A stretch of DNA of 59,214 bases, filler included, from Jimgerdemannia flammicorona (GCA_003990765.1; 3 parts of 3 records of this genome joined end to end with filler, not necessarily neighbours in it), one strand, 5' to 3'. Shown: positions 23,965 to 37,310, numbered from the whole stretch's first letter. Notes: generated by a model not told the origin, from the sequence alone. Made by a program: numbers and translations.

Positions 23965-26900
23965 CTATCTGATCTCTCTAGGGGCCCTCTCCCCCTCCTC
24001 CTCCCTACCACTCCTCTCCCCCACCCTCTCTCGATGAAAGACCACTTTGTCAAACACTATCTCCACCTGTCCACCACTCTGTCTACAGATATCCTCCACC
24101 AGATGGCAATGTTGCCCACCCTGGAGACCCCAACCAATCCACCACCCAGTCAGTAGATCTCTCACTAAAGCCTCCCACCTCAACAACTTCTCCTATATTC
24201 CTAGTTGTTGCCTTTCCTCAAAAACAAAGAGCCAATGCCCAGCCAAACCTACCCACACTGCTATAACCCACCCTACCATGAGTCACTCATTGCCAATACC
24301 TCCCACCAGTCTAGATTTCAAATCCTTCCAGTGATCTCTCTCACCATCTGGCCTCCTTCCTACCTCAGCCAGGCCCCTATAGCTATCCAAAAGTCCCCCA
24401 AAACCTCACATTCTCTCAGCCAATGTTCTGGTGTCTGCACAACTCCCCCAGCTTGCTCTACATTATAATACTCCTCACAATCTAGTCAGCCACCATCTAC
24501 CAGATGCCCAGCATAGAAATTCAACATAACATTCCTCTGCAGCATTCACCACCAAACTACCCAGAACTTGGGAGGAAGCCACCTCCACACCTCAGCACTT
24601 CAGGACCAGATTCCTGCCCAGTTCCACTCCTCACCAATCTCCACTGCCTGCCAACTCCTTGGCCAAAGATCCTGGCCAAGTCCCTGCTGACACTCCACTC
24701 CATTGCCAATGTCAAACTCAGTAAGTGGAGTCCCCTCTAGAAGCAGTCGGTCCCATTGCCACATAGCAGAGCCCCACACCACCTCTCTCTCATTGCCACA
24801 CCAGTACAGGCCTATCCGGTGTGCTCCATCCACTACTCCCCACCAGAAGCCCTTATATCTCATCTGTCAGCTTCTATCCAGATCCATCAGAGAGAGCAAA
24901 TCTCCTGAGGACCCTTGAGGAGAGAATCTCATCTCTCACACCTTCTGCATCAGTGGTACCCAACCTCCTCCCTGCAGCTCTACCACCCTTCTCAACCACC
25001 AGGCTCACAGACAGTGTAGCCACTTAGGGAAATCCACCAGACCTAGGCCTCCCCTAATCCCTGGCTCCACAAGGGTATCCCAACTGATCTGAGACCTTCT
25101 TCCTGCCCAAATCCAATCCCTAGCCAGTTTCATCAGCCTCTTCACCACCCAGGCTGGAAAGTCTAAGTGATATGCCACATACCACAGCTTGGGGAACCAG
25201 TAAATATTCAAGATCGATACCCGCCCCACCAGGGAGATATGATGACCTCCCCAACCTCTAAGAGCCTCCCCCCAAACAGCTACCCTCCTCTCCCACCATA
25301 CCCATGGTAAGACCAACCCATATACAGAAAGGAAGATACTAAGATACTGCACCACCTCTCTTGTGGGGACAATTGTTCCAATGATGTCCCCTCCCACTAA
25401 CCCATTCCCCAACACCATTGTCTCACACTTATGCCAGTTGAGTTTCGCCCCAGAGTGTGCCTCATACCATTCCACCATTTTCTTAAGTGCCTCTACATCT
25501 GCTACTAATCCAAGTCCAACTACCATATCATCAGCAAAGGCCCCCACCTTCCACACTACACTGTATACAGAGAGCTACACCACCTTCCTACAGATTCTGT
25601 CCATCAAAGGTTCCAGTGAAAGAGCATAAAGAATAGGAGACAGTGGGTCTCCTTGAGGAACTCCTCTTCCTAAGGGAAATGCCAAACTCCTGTGACCATT
25701 GCACATTAGTGCTGCCCTACTGCCCTCCAATAACTTCAATATAGAAGCCCTAAACTGTTGTGGAACACCAATTCTATCCAGTACCTTACCCAGCCATACC
25801 TGCTGAACATGGTCATAGGCCTTTTCCTGGTCCAGAAAGACCAGTCTACCATCCAGTCTACAAGCCCGGGCCCCTTCTATGATGCTATGCACCCAGGCAG
25901 TCCCATCTCTGATAAGTCTTCCTCCTATAAAGCCCTGCTGCTCCTCACCCATCACCTGTTGAGCAACCTCTGTAGTCTTGCAACAATCACCTTAGTCACC
26001 AACTTCTGGTCCATATCCAAAGCATGATTGGCCACCAGTTCTTCCAGTTCTCCTGCCTACCCTTGTCTTTATACAATAATGCCACCAGTCCCAAGTCCTG
26101 CTCTTCAATCTACTTGCCATTCAGAAGAACATGGTCACAGAGGGCAGCCATCTCTCCTAACACTTTAGGGACCTTTGCCATCTTCTTCCAGAAGTCCCAA
26201 GGTAACCCATCCTCCCCAGGTGCCATCCCAAGCTTAGTTGCTGCAAGGACCCCCTGGATCTTCTCCTCTTGGACTGACAAGATCAGGTCATCCAGTCTCT
26301 CTACCTGCAGTGGCTCCCACTCTTCCAGGGCATCACCAATTGCCTCTTCCTCCACACCCCCTTATTCCTCACTCCATAGACCCTGCCAACTCTCCTTCAA
26401 AACCCCAAGATCTGTTGTGTGCTGTGTACCATATTCCCCTCAGCATCCAAGACCCCATCCCACCTATGTTGCACCCTCCTAGCTTTGAGGAGTCTTGACA
26501 AGTACCTAGTAGGCTGCTCTCCCTCCTCTAGCTCCTGCTATCATAACCTGGCAGCCATCCCTCACATATGAATCTCTTCCTCCTCTCCCAACACCTGTTG
26601 TAGTTCCACTATCTCCAATTTCGCCTGCTCTAACCTCCAATCATCCATTTCAACAGAAGAAAGCAAGTCTGCCCATTCCATCTGCAATCTCATTGGCCTA
26701 TTTGAAGCACACTATATGTGCTTCCTCCTCTGTCTCCCAGCCTCTCTCCCAGCTCTACTCCAATAAGCCCTGACAGCCTCCTTCAACCTCATCCACTAGA
26801 CACCCACAGACAAACCCTCATGCCTCCAGCTAGGAACCTTCATCTGTACATCCTCCACCCATGAGTCCCACAACCCCTTCTCAGCCAGTAGAGAGGAGTT

Positions 26901-27642
26901 AAGGTGCCAATGTTCAGGTCCATCTCCACTCTCCTCAAACTGCCTCTGCCCCAACAGTCTCCAGTGATCAGACCATGGGCACCACTCTACCTCCAAAGTC
27001 TTCTAAACATCAGCACCCCAACATTCAGCTGTCAGTACCCAGTCAATCCTTGTACCTAAGCCATTCACCCAATGTGTGTAGACCCTGGTGTCACCCCACC
27101 ATGTTCTGCCCATATCCCCTAAGGAACTAAGATTCTCCACCTCCTCCATGCCTCCAGGCCACCAATTCTCCCACCTGCATTTCTCCCTCCATCAGTTCTA
27201 TCTAGAAGTGGATTCTGAACCATATTAAAATCACCACCCAGAATATCAACTCCTTCCTCCAAGAGAATACCCTCCTCTAGCAGCTCCTCAATCTATATAA
27301 TCCTCTCACCCCTAACTGCAGGGCAGTAACAGGAGCCAACCCTCACCAATTCCCACCCTGGCCAAATCCAATCTCCCCAGACTAATTGATCACTCAGTTC
27401 CAGATTCCCCCCAGGTCTCCTCTACCCTTCTTCACCAGAATCGCCACTTTGTCAAACCAAGCAGTAGCCTCACCCCATTCTCTAGTCCACTCTATCTGAT
27501 CATCCTCATTCTCACACTGCACATCCTGCAGTAAAAAGAGATTAGTCTCCAATCTCTTGAGCTAAGTAAAAATGTTCTTATGCTGTCCAGAACTCCTTAA
27601 CCCATTCACATTCAAAGAGAAAATGTTGGTTGTACTGTTTAT
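23965..27642 (-). pseudogene. LINE ORF2 (APE endonuclease, RT, C-terminal Cys/His motif)
   Basis: NIFSLNVNGL, WSDH, APGEDGLP, LDQEKAYD, GVPQGDPLSPILY, AFADD, PKLWY, GGLGL, ETPEHWLREC. Confidence 0.92.
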
Positions 27643-27673
27643 AAGAAATAATGTTATATATCACTCACATCCT

Positions 27674-29686
27674 CTACAAATCCACATTCAACTCCTCCTG
27701 TGCCAAGTCCAAGTCCCTTTCTGCTGCTAGTTCTTTCTTCTCAGCTTTCTGTGCCTCCAACCCTCCCAGAAGTTCAGCCATTGCCTCATCCTCTCTCTCC
27801 TCAAAGTCCTCATGATACTCCAGACAGGCCTCCTGCCAGAGCTGCAAACCATGACACTCTGCCCAGCAGTAGGCAGCCTGAACCACCAGCTCCTCCTCTC
27901 ATACCTTATCAATCTCATATCCCTCCTCCTCCATGAAAATCACCAGAATCTCCACCTTCAGTGCCTCCACCACCCCATCGCTATGCAGAATCTGTGCCTA
28001 ATGCTCCTCAGGCATCACATACAGATCCACCTCTCCCAACTCCTCAGCTGCAAGGTTATCTATCACCTTACTCATCCACAGCAGGTTCCCCACCTCCTTC
28101 CCTCCTAGAGTCCCTGGCCACCCTGTATCCAACATTGTGGTATCAGCTCCTACACTGGTAGCCTCATCCCACTCCTCCTCAGGGACATCCACCAGCTCGT
28201 CCTCACTGACTGCCACCACCTGGCCCCCTTTTGCCACATCGGGGACCCCAAAGTGTACTCACTGGGCCCCCTGCATCAGCACATCCTCTGTTGTCCCTCT
28301 CCTCACAGCTGGGCCTCTCCTGATAAGAGGGGGGGGGGGTGGTATCCAAATTCTGCTCCCAGACTTCAAATGTGCCATCTGCATAGGGGTCCTTGCTCAG
28401 CACCTTCCCAGCTCCTTCCTCATTCACCTCCACCTCCCCTTCTCCTTTACTAGCCCAGACTCTGGCTTTGATGCCCTCAGATACCTCAGTCCCATCTACC
28501 TTCTTCTTTGCCCCTCCTTTCATACTCGCCAATAGCTCTCTCTGCCTCTTGTGTCTCTGGGCCCACTCTCACTGTCTCTTGTCAGTATGAATATGCTTCC
28601 CATCTACAATCTCCAGATGTGTTGACTCCTCAAACACTCTCCAGGCCTTTGCCCTCCTCTCAACTACACCACTCAACTCCTCCAAAGCCTCTAACAAGTC
28701 CTTCTCCTCCTCTTTACTCCCTTTCACCCTCAACACCTTACAGACAAAAGCCCCCCACATTAGCACCGAGGGCCAGTCACTTGTCTTCCCAGTGGCCTCC
28801 TTCCCCACCAGTCAAATCCTGACATCAATGTCACCTGTCCTGAATATGGTCCCCTCCCACATCTGGAAGCCAATGTCCACCATGTCACCATACTCTACTA
28901 TCACCTCCTCCACTCTCCTCCTAGTCTCCTCCTTCATCACCATCAGCACTCCCCTCACTAGAAGCTGTACTACTCTAGGGTCCCACCTCAAGTACTGTAC
29001 CATGGGGACCACCACTTCCCCAACCACTACTCCAGTCTTCAGGATCTTGTCCTCCAGCCCCTTCAGGAACTTCACCAAGGCTGCCCCAGCCACCTGCTTT
29101 GAAATAAGCCCCAGGACCATCCTTGCCGTCACTACCAAGCCTCAAAAGCACAAGGTGGCCACAAACTCCGAGATCGACTTCTTGAGCAATGGGGCCACTG
29201 CCAGCCCCATTACATCATCTGCCAGGTCTCTCTTCCACATTGGGATCCCCTGCCCCACCTGGCCATCAGCCATCACATCTCTTTTTTTTCCTGATCCCCT
29301 GTCACACTCCCATCAATAGTCACACCCCCAGCCACAGCCCCTCCAGCCCCTATGCTCTCCCCCTGAGGGTCACTCCCCCTTCTGATGCTAGCCTTGCCCT
29401 TCCCCTCAGCAGTGCCAGTCCTGGTTCCAGCAAGCCATCCACTCGCCTTCACCTTGTCAGCAAAGCTGGAGGGACCAGGTCTTCCCCTAGATCTACCAGA
29501 CACCAGTCCTCCTCCAGAGCCTCCACCACCCTTCGACCCTCCAAAAGCCCCCATCCCCAATTCATACCCTCTCCCCACATGCTGCCAGCCAAAAGCCCCA
29601 GGTCCACCTGACCCAGTATACCTGTCAGAACTCTTGCTTGATGACATTTTTATAATACCTTTTCTCCAAGTTGTGTTGAAAACCAT
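27674..29686 (-). pseudogene. LINE ORF1
   Basis: Gly-rich N-terminus, SFADKVK, RRM-like VEEVIVEYGDMVDIGFQMWEGTIFRTGDIDVRI, acidic C-terminus. Homologous to 45895-47915 and 49343-50153. Confidence 0.75.
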
Positions 29687-30521
29687 TGCTTGAAGTTTGT
29701 ATAATATGAATTATACAGGAGAAAGGTGACAAGATTCAATTCTGAGACCCCTGCAAGTCTATTCTCTTTCAAGAAAACCAGTCAAATATAAGTCCCAACC
29801 ACTAAGAACCTTATAGACAAAATGGACAAACTACTCAAGATTGCTACTGTAAATCTTCAGAAGGCTCAACAGCATCAAGCCAAGTATGCTGATAAGAAAC
29901 ACCATAACATTACTTATACTATTAGAGATTAAGTCCTACTGTCTACCAAAAATCTCAAGATACAATCTCAAGTCAACTGCCCTTTGAATAAGTTCCAACC
30001 CAAGTATATTAGACCTTTTGAGATTACTGAACAGGTCTCTGTATCCTCCTACTACCTCAAACTATCTGAAACCATGAGAGTACACCCAGTCTTTTATGTG
30101 TCATACCTCAAGACCTGGAACCAGTCACCACCCTACTCTGGTCGAATTCCTAAGCCTTCTACCCCTGTAATTATTGAAGACTATATCAAGTATAAAGCTG
30201 AGAAAATTCTGACAAATGAATCTACTACCACTGTCCTGAATACCTAGTCAAGTAGATGAGTTATCCTGAATATGATGCTATCTGAGAACTACTGATCAAC
30301 CTCAAGAACTCTCAAGATCTAGTTCAAGACTTTGAGGCAAAATACATTGCTCAATCTCTATAGTAACTCCCTTGGATTGTCAACAACCTATAGCAATAAC
30401 CAGTACCTTATACATTGGAAGTTTGCTTTGGGACCACAGAACCAGCAGAACATTTAATGAATGAGAAGTCTACTGAAATGAAGCTACTAGCTGGGTTTGA
30501 ACCCCTCTCAGTTGGTTAGTC

Positions 30522-30522
<1 letters not shown>

Positions 30523-30552
<30 letters not shown>

Positions 30553-30845
30553 GTTACTTGGACTGCCCTTTATTATCACCATCTATAATAATAATGATAC
30601 AATATTACCCCATCCCTTTAACCAATATCCCTCAGACCCATTCCTCTCCCCTCAACATCTCTCTGCCTGAGGACAACCTAGTCACCCACCACCCGAATCC
30701 TCTCATCACTTTTCTGTGAGATACACTGTATCAAACCCCTGTGACTCCTCCTACCTGGCCCCCACCCCTGCTACCAGCCATTCAAAATATCCAGTAACAA
30801 CCATTCCCAATGTGCTACCTTATCTCCAACCCCAACCCGCTGACC
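30523..30845 (-). mobile_element. 5'-truncated LINE (ORF2 3' end plus poly(A))
   Basis: Perfect 14-bp TSD CAGTTGGTTAGTCT at 30509-30522 and 30846-30859; poly(T) run; similar to 23890-24230. Confidence 0.88.
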
Positions 30846-31001
30846 CAGTTGGTTAGTCTGGTAATAGGTCCTCTACTTTATATAAGGATGGCCAATCTCC
30901 ACCAATATGCTGATTCAAGTTTGAGAAATTTTGGTTAAGTATATCTAGTCTTATATTACCTAAAAACTCAATAAGGATGTTGGTTCTTAAGGAGGGAGGG
31001 G

Positions 31002-31465
31002 TGTAACAATTTCACAGTCATATTTAGTCTTAGTACATTTTCACATCTTTTAGTTAGTCTTTTCTTATCTTTTCTTGAACATTCTACTATGTTCTGTTAC
31101 TTTCTACTTGCTTAGAAACCTTCTCTTGGTACCCAGACACTATTAGAACATTTCTGTCTTTTCTTGACACTAAGCACCTTATCTTAGCTAGTTATAGAAC
31201 CTTTTGGAATATTGTAGAATAGTATTAGTCAGCTTTGCCAAGAACCTATTTCTTGGTATTTCTCTTTCTTTCCAAGATCCTTCTGGATCATTCTTTCAGA
31301 TCATGTATAAATATCCTTGTTCTCTGCCTGAATAAAGCTCAGAATATTTTCTCCCAGAAATCCTTCAAGAATACTTGAACCTTTAAGTATCTCTTCAAGC
31401 TACTTTAGGCCAACTAGAACTTCCAGATTTAGCTGCTTCCTCTTAAAGAAACTAGAACTGTTATA
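31002..31465 (+). repeat. 3' LTR of family E
   Basis: TGTAACA...TGTTATA (decayed TGTTACA); follows the PPT; TATAAAT at ~31306 and AATAAA at ~31331. Confidence 0.75.
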
Positions 31466-31786
31466 ATACTACTAAAAAAATGAATAACTAAGTTATCTCT
31501 GAAATATATACTCCTTGAACTTTCTTTTACTATAACTAATTCAATATATATCTAAAAAGGTAATTTATATAATTGCACTATATATATAAATATAAATGAA
31601 TTCTTGCCAAATCTACCCATCTGCAAGATACTATTATTCCCCCAGACATTGTAATTGATATATATATATAGGCCACAGAGCCACTGAGGATAAATGAGAA
31701 TATAATAGATAGATGATATATCTGCAGCTAGTGCTCTGCAAACCCAACCCGATTAACCCAAAATCTGACCCATAAAATAGCCAACT

Positions 31787-32100
31787 CAGAATTAGATATC
31801 ATCTGTCTTTATCCCAACCCAGAATTATACATCACCCATCTTTAACCTGACCCGGAATTATACATCACCCATCTTTAACCCAACCCAGAATTGTATGCCA
31901 CCCATCTTTAACCTGACCTGGAAAGATATATTACCCATCTTTAACTCGACCCAGAATTAAATATAACCCATCTTTAACCCAACCTAGAAATATATATCAC
32001 CTGACCCATTATTTACCCTTAACCCAAACCTGAACCTGAGCCCTGAACCTGACCCTGAACCTGACCTCTGAATCTGACCCTAAACCCAACCCTCTGAACT
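31787..32100 (+). repeat. hAT left subterminal array (33-bp unit, then AACCTG-type short repeats)
   Basis: Unit CAGAATTATACATCACCCATCTTTAACCTGACC, about 6 copies. Confidence 0.85.
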
Positions 32101-32149
32101 CTGCTCTGAAAAAATGATTCAGAAAATATTTGGATAATATTCAGAGCAA

Positions 32150-34480
32150 TTGGAAGTGAAAAATATCTGAAGACCACTAAGAATCTAAATACATACATGC
32201 ATGAATTATATTTACATATAAGCTGTTTTGATATTCAGTCACCAGCTTATCAGCAATAGAAAAAATATGTTCAGAGGGAACAGATGTCACCAAAATAGCA
32301 AGATAATCATGAGCCATTCATGAAAGATTGGGATATACTGACTGATTTTGCCACCACCAATCCAGTATATCTATATGAGAATCAGCTGGATTCTCTGACA
32401 AATAACTGAAATAGAGAAATATGAGTGAAAATTAACCAAGCTAACCAAAAAACATAAAAACAACACCCATCATTCAAGCTCATCATCTACATCAATATGC
32501 TGTTTCTTCTCATATATTGAGTTGATAAAATCATCAGCATTATGAGATATTGAGAGTATAATGACAGCATTAACAGGCTTATACTCCTTTTCCCAGATAT
32601 ATTCCATCTGATTCTTCTATTCATCAATTAAGGATTTTTTCCATTGCTCATGATAGAAATAATGCATGTTGATATATAGATCTAAGGCCAAAGCTATGCT
32701 GTATAATAGTGTTATCTTGTAGTAATACTTTAGAAGTTTCATATATGTATTTTCAGCAGCAGTAAGCATTATCTATAAAAAATAAAAAATAAATGGAAAT
32801 ATATACATATTACTTCCCAATTACTTACTAAATTAGTTCCTAAATTCACAAATAAAATTACTTTCAAAATTATATATATATCTGATTAAAATGTTCACCA
32901 GTTTGATATATATTGATGATATCTTTGAGGTGATCACATAGCTGATTAAATAGTGGGATAACAGCTGCTATTATAGGATACTTTGAAGCTAACATCACAG
33001 TTGTCACTTTGGCAAAAGGCTTGAGAAATTGGCAAATCAATTCAAATTGTTGCCATGCATCTTCAGATATATCACTAATTTGCTTATCCATGGCACACAA
33101 TATATCCAAGCTCTATTTGGATATAATATCAATTTATTTAGTACCAAAATACTTTCAAATCATATTCCAAAATCTATACAAATAGATTCAAAATCTTATC
33201 TTATGAATCTCTAGAGTACATGCTAACATTTTATATATAGAACTCCATCTCATCATAATATCTAAGAGAGGCTTCAAAATGGAAATTCCAGAGGATTCAC
33301 AGATCTTTGCCAGTTGTGCTTATCATTGCACTGAATTTTTGATCTTCTTTATCAACTCTCATAGCTTTTCAATGGGCTTGCTAAGAGAACCAAGAGTATC
33401 ATAAACAATGAGATTCAATATATATCTGAAATAGTATACATGAGTGAGCAGATGATGAAGATTCTCAAACAGAGTATTGTTGTTATTAGCATTATCACAT
33501 ACAATAGCAATGATTTGATTGTCACTAGGCAATAAATCATCTATTACCAGTTTCAGACTTTTTGCAAGATTGGCACCCATGTGTGTTATTTCACTGATAT
33601 TCACAAAGTCTAAGATAATATCATGTATCTTCCAATCACTGTCAATCCAATAGACTATTATTCTAAGAAAGACCTTGATATTAACATCTGATGTCCAACA
33701 ATCAAGTGTAAGTGATACCTTCAACTTGAGCCCTGCTAGTCTTGCTTTCACTTGAGTCTGCGATAGTTTGAATTCCTTTTAAATAACTCATGAAATCATA
33801 TCAGCCAATGGAAGGGCCAGATCAGAGCATAATATGTGAAGGAGATACTTGAAGCCAGCATTTTCAATAGTAGAGAATGGCTGATATCTAGTGATAATGA
33901 AGTTGGTGATTAACCAACAGAAATTTTCATCACTTAAAGTCTTGCTAGTGTGTTTCTATTTGTAATAATAAATTTGATGAATTATTTTTCTAATAACCTC
34001 CTAAGTACTTTCTGAATTCCATTCTATCCATACTTACAATATCATCTTTCTTAGACCAGTGAGGATTCTCAGCATGTTGGAAAGGTAAGAGCATGATATT
34101 ATAATGCTTCCAGAGATGTTGTTTAAGATTGTTGATATTGCTGTCCTTCAATATATAGCTCCAAATCATGCAATAGTTGCAACTGATATGTTTACTTTGT
34201 AAATTCTATTTGAATAAAGAGATATGAGACTATATTAGAACCTCAACTGCTTACAACTGACCACCCACTCTTATAACTGATAAGACCAATCACTCCTATG
34301 AATACAACTATTAGCACAATATATAAAACTACCTTTGTGGCATAATTCCACACCTAGCTATCACTAGGTTTTGTTTTTATTTTTATTCTTATGCTTGTTG
34401 GTGATTATAAACTGGTGGAGATATCTGATATATCCTCTGATATATCCTCCAATATATCATCTGATAGTTCTGAGATTTCT
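32150..34480 (-). pseudogene. hAT transposase (BED finger, DDE core, dimerisation domain), intron-containing
   Basis: BED-like SCNYC...NNLKQHLWKH at ~34100-34200; VSLTLDCWTS and IVCDNANN; FLKPFAKVT; DILDWWWQNQSVYPNLS*MAHDYLAILVTSVPSEHIFS at ~32260-32375; AT-rich GT-AG interruptions. Boundaries approximate. Confidence 0.88.
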
Positions 34481-34854
34481 CCTAAATATACTTCTTGATC
34501 TTTAGATATTTTGAAAAGTGTTTGATGATGGCAGAGACTGGGAGCTTGAGTGGGAGGCCGAGAGCTGGAAAGTGGCTAGGAAGTGATAAGCTAGGGAGTG
34601 GCAAACTGGGAAATGAGCTGGGGGGGCAGTGAACTAGGGGGCAGGGAGTTGGAGGGAGGCAGCAGGCAGCAGGAAAGCCAGGAACTGTGGGGCCTGAAAC
34701 AGGAGTCAGTGAGCTGGGAAGTAGTGAGAGAGAGAGCAGCAAGGTGGCATATGATAGCCAATGATCGATTGTGGACAGAGGATGGATGAATAAATATATA
34801 CAGGTGGTGAACTGGTACCCATCATGCAACTGCAAACAGCAAACATACTTTGGA

Positions 34855-35527
34855 GATTCAGCATATTCTGCATAAGCCCCAATTGAGCAAGGTTTGCAAT
34901 GCTGTTTGAGTGAGATTTGTAGTATATTTGAGTAAGATTTACAGTGAGGTTCAAGTAAGATTTGTAAGCAAGATTAAAGTGAGATTTGTAAGCAAGATTA
35001 AAGTGAGATTTGCATGTAAGATTAAAGTGAGATTTGTATAAGTCAGGCTTTGCAAGCCTTGTACTTGCAAGCCTGGACAAGCTCAGTCACAAGCTGATAT
35101 AATATGTATATAAGCTGATATCATGTGATATCAGCTATTGGCTAAGCTTGTAAGTGTAAGGCTTGGAAAGCCTGGCTTATGCAAATCTCACTTGCAAATC
35201 TCACTTGAACCTCATGGCAAATCTTACTGCAAATCTTGCTCAAATATACCACAAACCTCGCCCAAATGTTGTTGCAAACCTCACTCAATCAGGGCTTATG
35301 CAGAATCCACTGAATCATACAGAGAGGAGTGGAATGCAGTGAGAAAAGCTTCGGATTGCAAGCATAAGTGTAAGCATAAGCTTTGCTTCACTCAGTCTAA
35401 TAAGCTAATAATAAGCTAATATTATGTAATATCAGCTATTAGCTGAGTGGAGCAAAGCTTATGCTTGTGCTTACACTTATGCTTATGCTTGCAATCCAGA
35501 GCTTTCCTTACTGCATTCCACTTCTCT
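34855..35527. repeat. Two adjacent long imperfect palindromes (34855-35316 and 35323-35527) with a shared core
   Basis: Arms are reverse complementary; cores AGCTGATATCATGTGATATCAGCT (35113-35136) and AGCTAATATTATGTAATATCAGCT (35414-35437). Confidence 0.85.
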
Positions 35528-35789
35528 TGCATTTCACTCCTCTTGTATAACCCTCACATATTCCTCTACCTCTCCCACCCTCATTTCTCAGATTGCAAAC
35601 AATATACAATTTAGAAATGGGTTTTGAAAGAGATTTTGAAGAGATTCCAAAAGGGATTTTGAAGAGATTCCAAAAGAGCTTCTGAAAGATATTATAGCTT
35701 TTGAACATTTAAGATATTGAAAGCTTACTTTCACCTCTTGTTCTTTTTACCTCATCCTTCACTTTGCCTTATTCTTTACTTCACCTCAC

Positions 35790-37310
35790 TTAATTCACTG
35801 CTATATTGAGAAAACGTATATATGACCACCTAGTCAATAAGTATTTACTTGGCCCCCCCCAAGCTCGATATACTTCAGCTTGCTGTCCCAAAGCTTGGTG
35901 CCCTAAAGATGTCCAGCTTGCTGACACCCAGCCTGCCAAGCTTGCTGACACCCAGTCTGCCAAGTTTGCTGATACCCAGCCTGCTAAGCTTGCCAACACT
36001 CAGGTTGCTGAGCTCGCCAACTCCCAGCTTGCTGACATCCAGCCTGCCGAGCTTGCTGACATCCAGCCTGCCAAGTTTGCTGACACCCAGCCTGCTAAGC
36101 TTGCCAACATCCAGGTTGCTGAGCTCGCCAACTCCCAGCTTGCTGAGCCTCAGCTCTCTGATCTTCAGCTTGACTGCCAGCTTGCTGCCAGTCCGCAATC
36201 ACCAGATTCTAATAATGCAGCTCAAAAAAGTTAGGTTTTTTTTTTTTTTTTCTTTTTAAATTAATGTCCATATTTTTTTCCTAATAACATTTGAAATATA
36301 CATATTCTCCAGCTTCTAAGCCTGGGCCAGAGTGCAAATCTTACTATAATTGCTATTTTTGTCATCAAGTTTGCCCAAGCACCACCTGGAAGTATTGCCA
36401 AACCAATTTCCTGGATGCTCCAAATCTCACAGAGAAAAGGCCTTACAAATCAGACATTAGGTGTACTTTTGCTGTGGCCAACAAATATATTAAGAAAGTA
36501 CATGATGACCAACTGAGGCGAGAAGTTATAAGAGCAATAGAAAACCATGTAAAAATTATAGAATATTCATCATACTACACCAGCTTCAAGGTGAATGCCA
36601 AAGCATAGAATAAGCAAGGTTGTCTAGATGAAATTGTCATCATGGATGAACACGAAAAACTGCTGGCCATATTTGAATGAGTACTAGTGAAGAATGATAA
36701 AATGCTTTATATGTAACTGATGGATGGCAGGCTTGTGCATTTTGTTGAGAGGGGTAGTGGTGGAGGAGATAGAGAGGTGGGAGAGGTTGGTACCAGTAGA
36801 GGGGTCAGCACCAGTGGAGAGATTGGTGGAGAGATCAGCAGAGAAGGTTGACACAGAGGAGGTTGGCATGGGGGAGGTTAGCACAGAGGAACATGGGGAG
36901 GTCAGTATGGAGGAATATGGAGAGATCAGCGTGAAGGAACATGGGGAGGTCAGCATGGAGGAACATGTGGAGGTCAGTATGGGGGAGGTCAGTGGAGGAA
37001 CATGGGGAGGTTGGTGTGGGGAAGGTTGGCATAGAGAAATATGGGGAGGTCAGTATGGAGGAACATGGGGAGGTCGGTGTGGAGGAATATAGGGAGGTCG
37101 ATATGAAGGACAAAATGAAGGTTGGCATAGAGGAGGTCAGTGCAGAGGAGGATATAGAGGAGGAGGATATAGAGAAAAGCAGTTCAGAATATATAGAGGA
37201 AGATGGTTCAGAATATGAGAAGGAGGAGGATTAATTGGTTTATAGCAATGAAGAGGAGGAGGATCAGTTGGTTTATAGCAATAAAGAGTAAGATCTATTC
37301 ACACCAGTAA
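35790..37310 (+). pseudogene. hAT cargo gene of unknown function (QPAKLADT repeats, Cys-rich exon, Glu-rich HGEVSMEE repeats)
   Basis: ORFs 35806-36234 and 36291-36608 are separated by an intron-like stretch (GT-poly(T)...TTCTCCAG, ~36235-36311); 24-bp tandem repeats at 35915-36150 and 36865-37100. Confidence 0.5.

Larger units (their letters stand above)
23869..29738 (-). mobile_element. Full-length L1/Tx1-like LINE inserted in the E integrase
   Basis: 14-bp TSD ATTCTGAGACC(T/C)CT at 23855-23868 and 29739-29752; poly(A) tail; ORF1 and ORF2 present; the E integrase frame resumes after the insertion. Confidence 0.92.
19787..31465 (+). mobile_element. Ty3/Gypsy chromovirus-type element, family E (5' LTR lost at the gap; two LINE insertions)
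   Basis: gag with GPAPMDLD and a decayed CCHC; dUTPase at ~20750-21160; PR LIDSRAAGNFI; RT SPYGSPV; RNase H; IN split by a LINE at 23869-29738; chromodomain at ~30180-30340; PPT AAGGAGGGAGGGG then LTR 31002-31465. Confidence 0.9.

Noticed and set aside
24047..29693. Many Pro/Ser-rich plus-strand ORFs here, and minus-strand ones at 45867-50187
   Set aside because: They are antisense shadows of G-rich LINE ORF1/ORF2.
31787..32100. Regular 33-bp array and AACCCTG-like repeats suggesting CRISPR or telomeric DNA
   Set aside because: No unique spacers or cas genes. The array is mirrored at 37450-37800 inside an 8-bp TSD, so these are hAT subterminal repeats.
34706..35419. ORFs 34706-35080 (-) and 35138-35419 (+) with similar KSH-repeat peptides
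   Set aside because: They are translations of the two arms of a repetitive palindrome, with no independent coding evidence.
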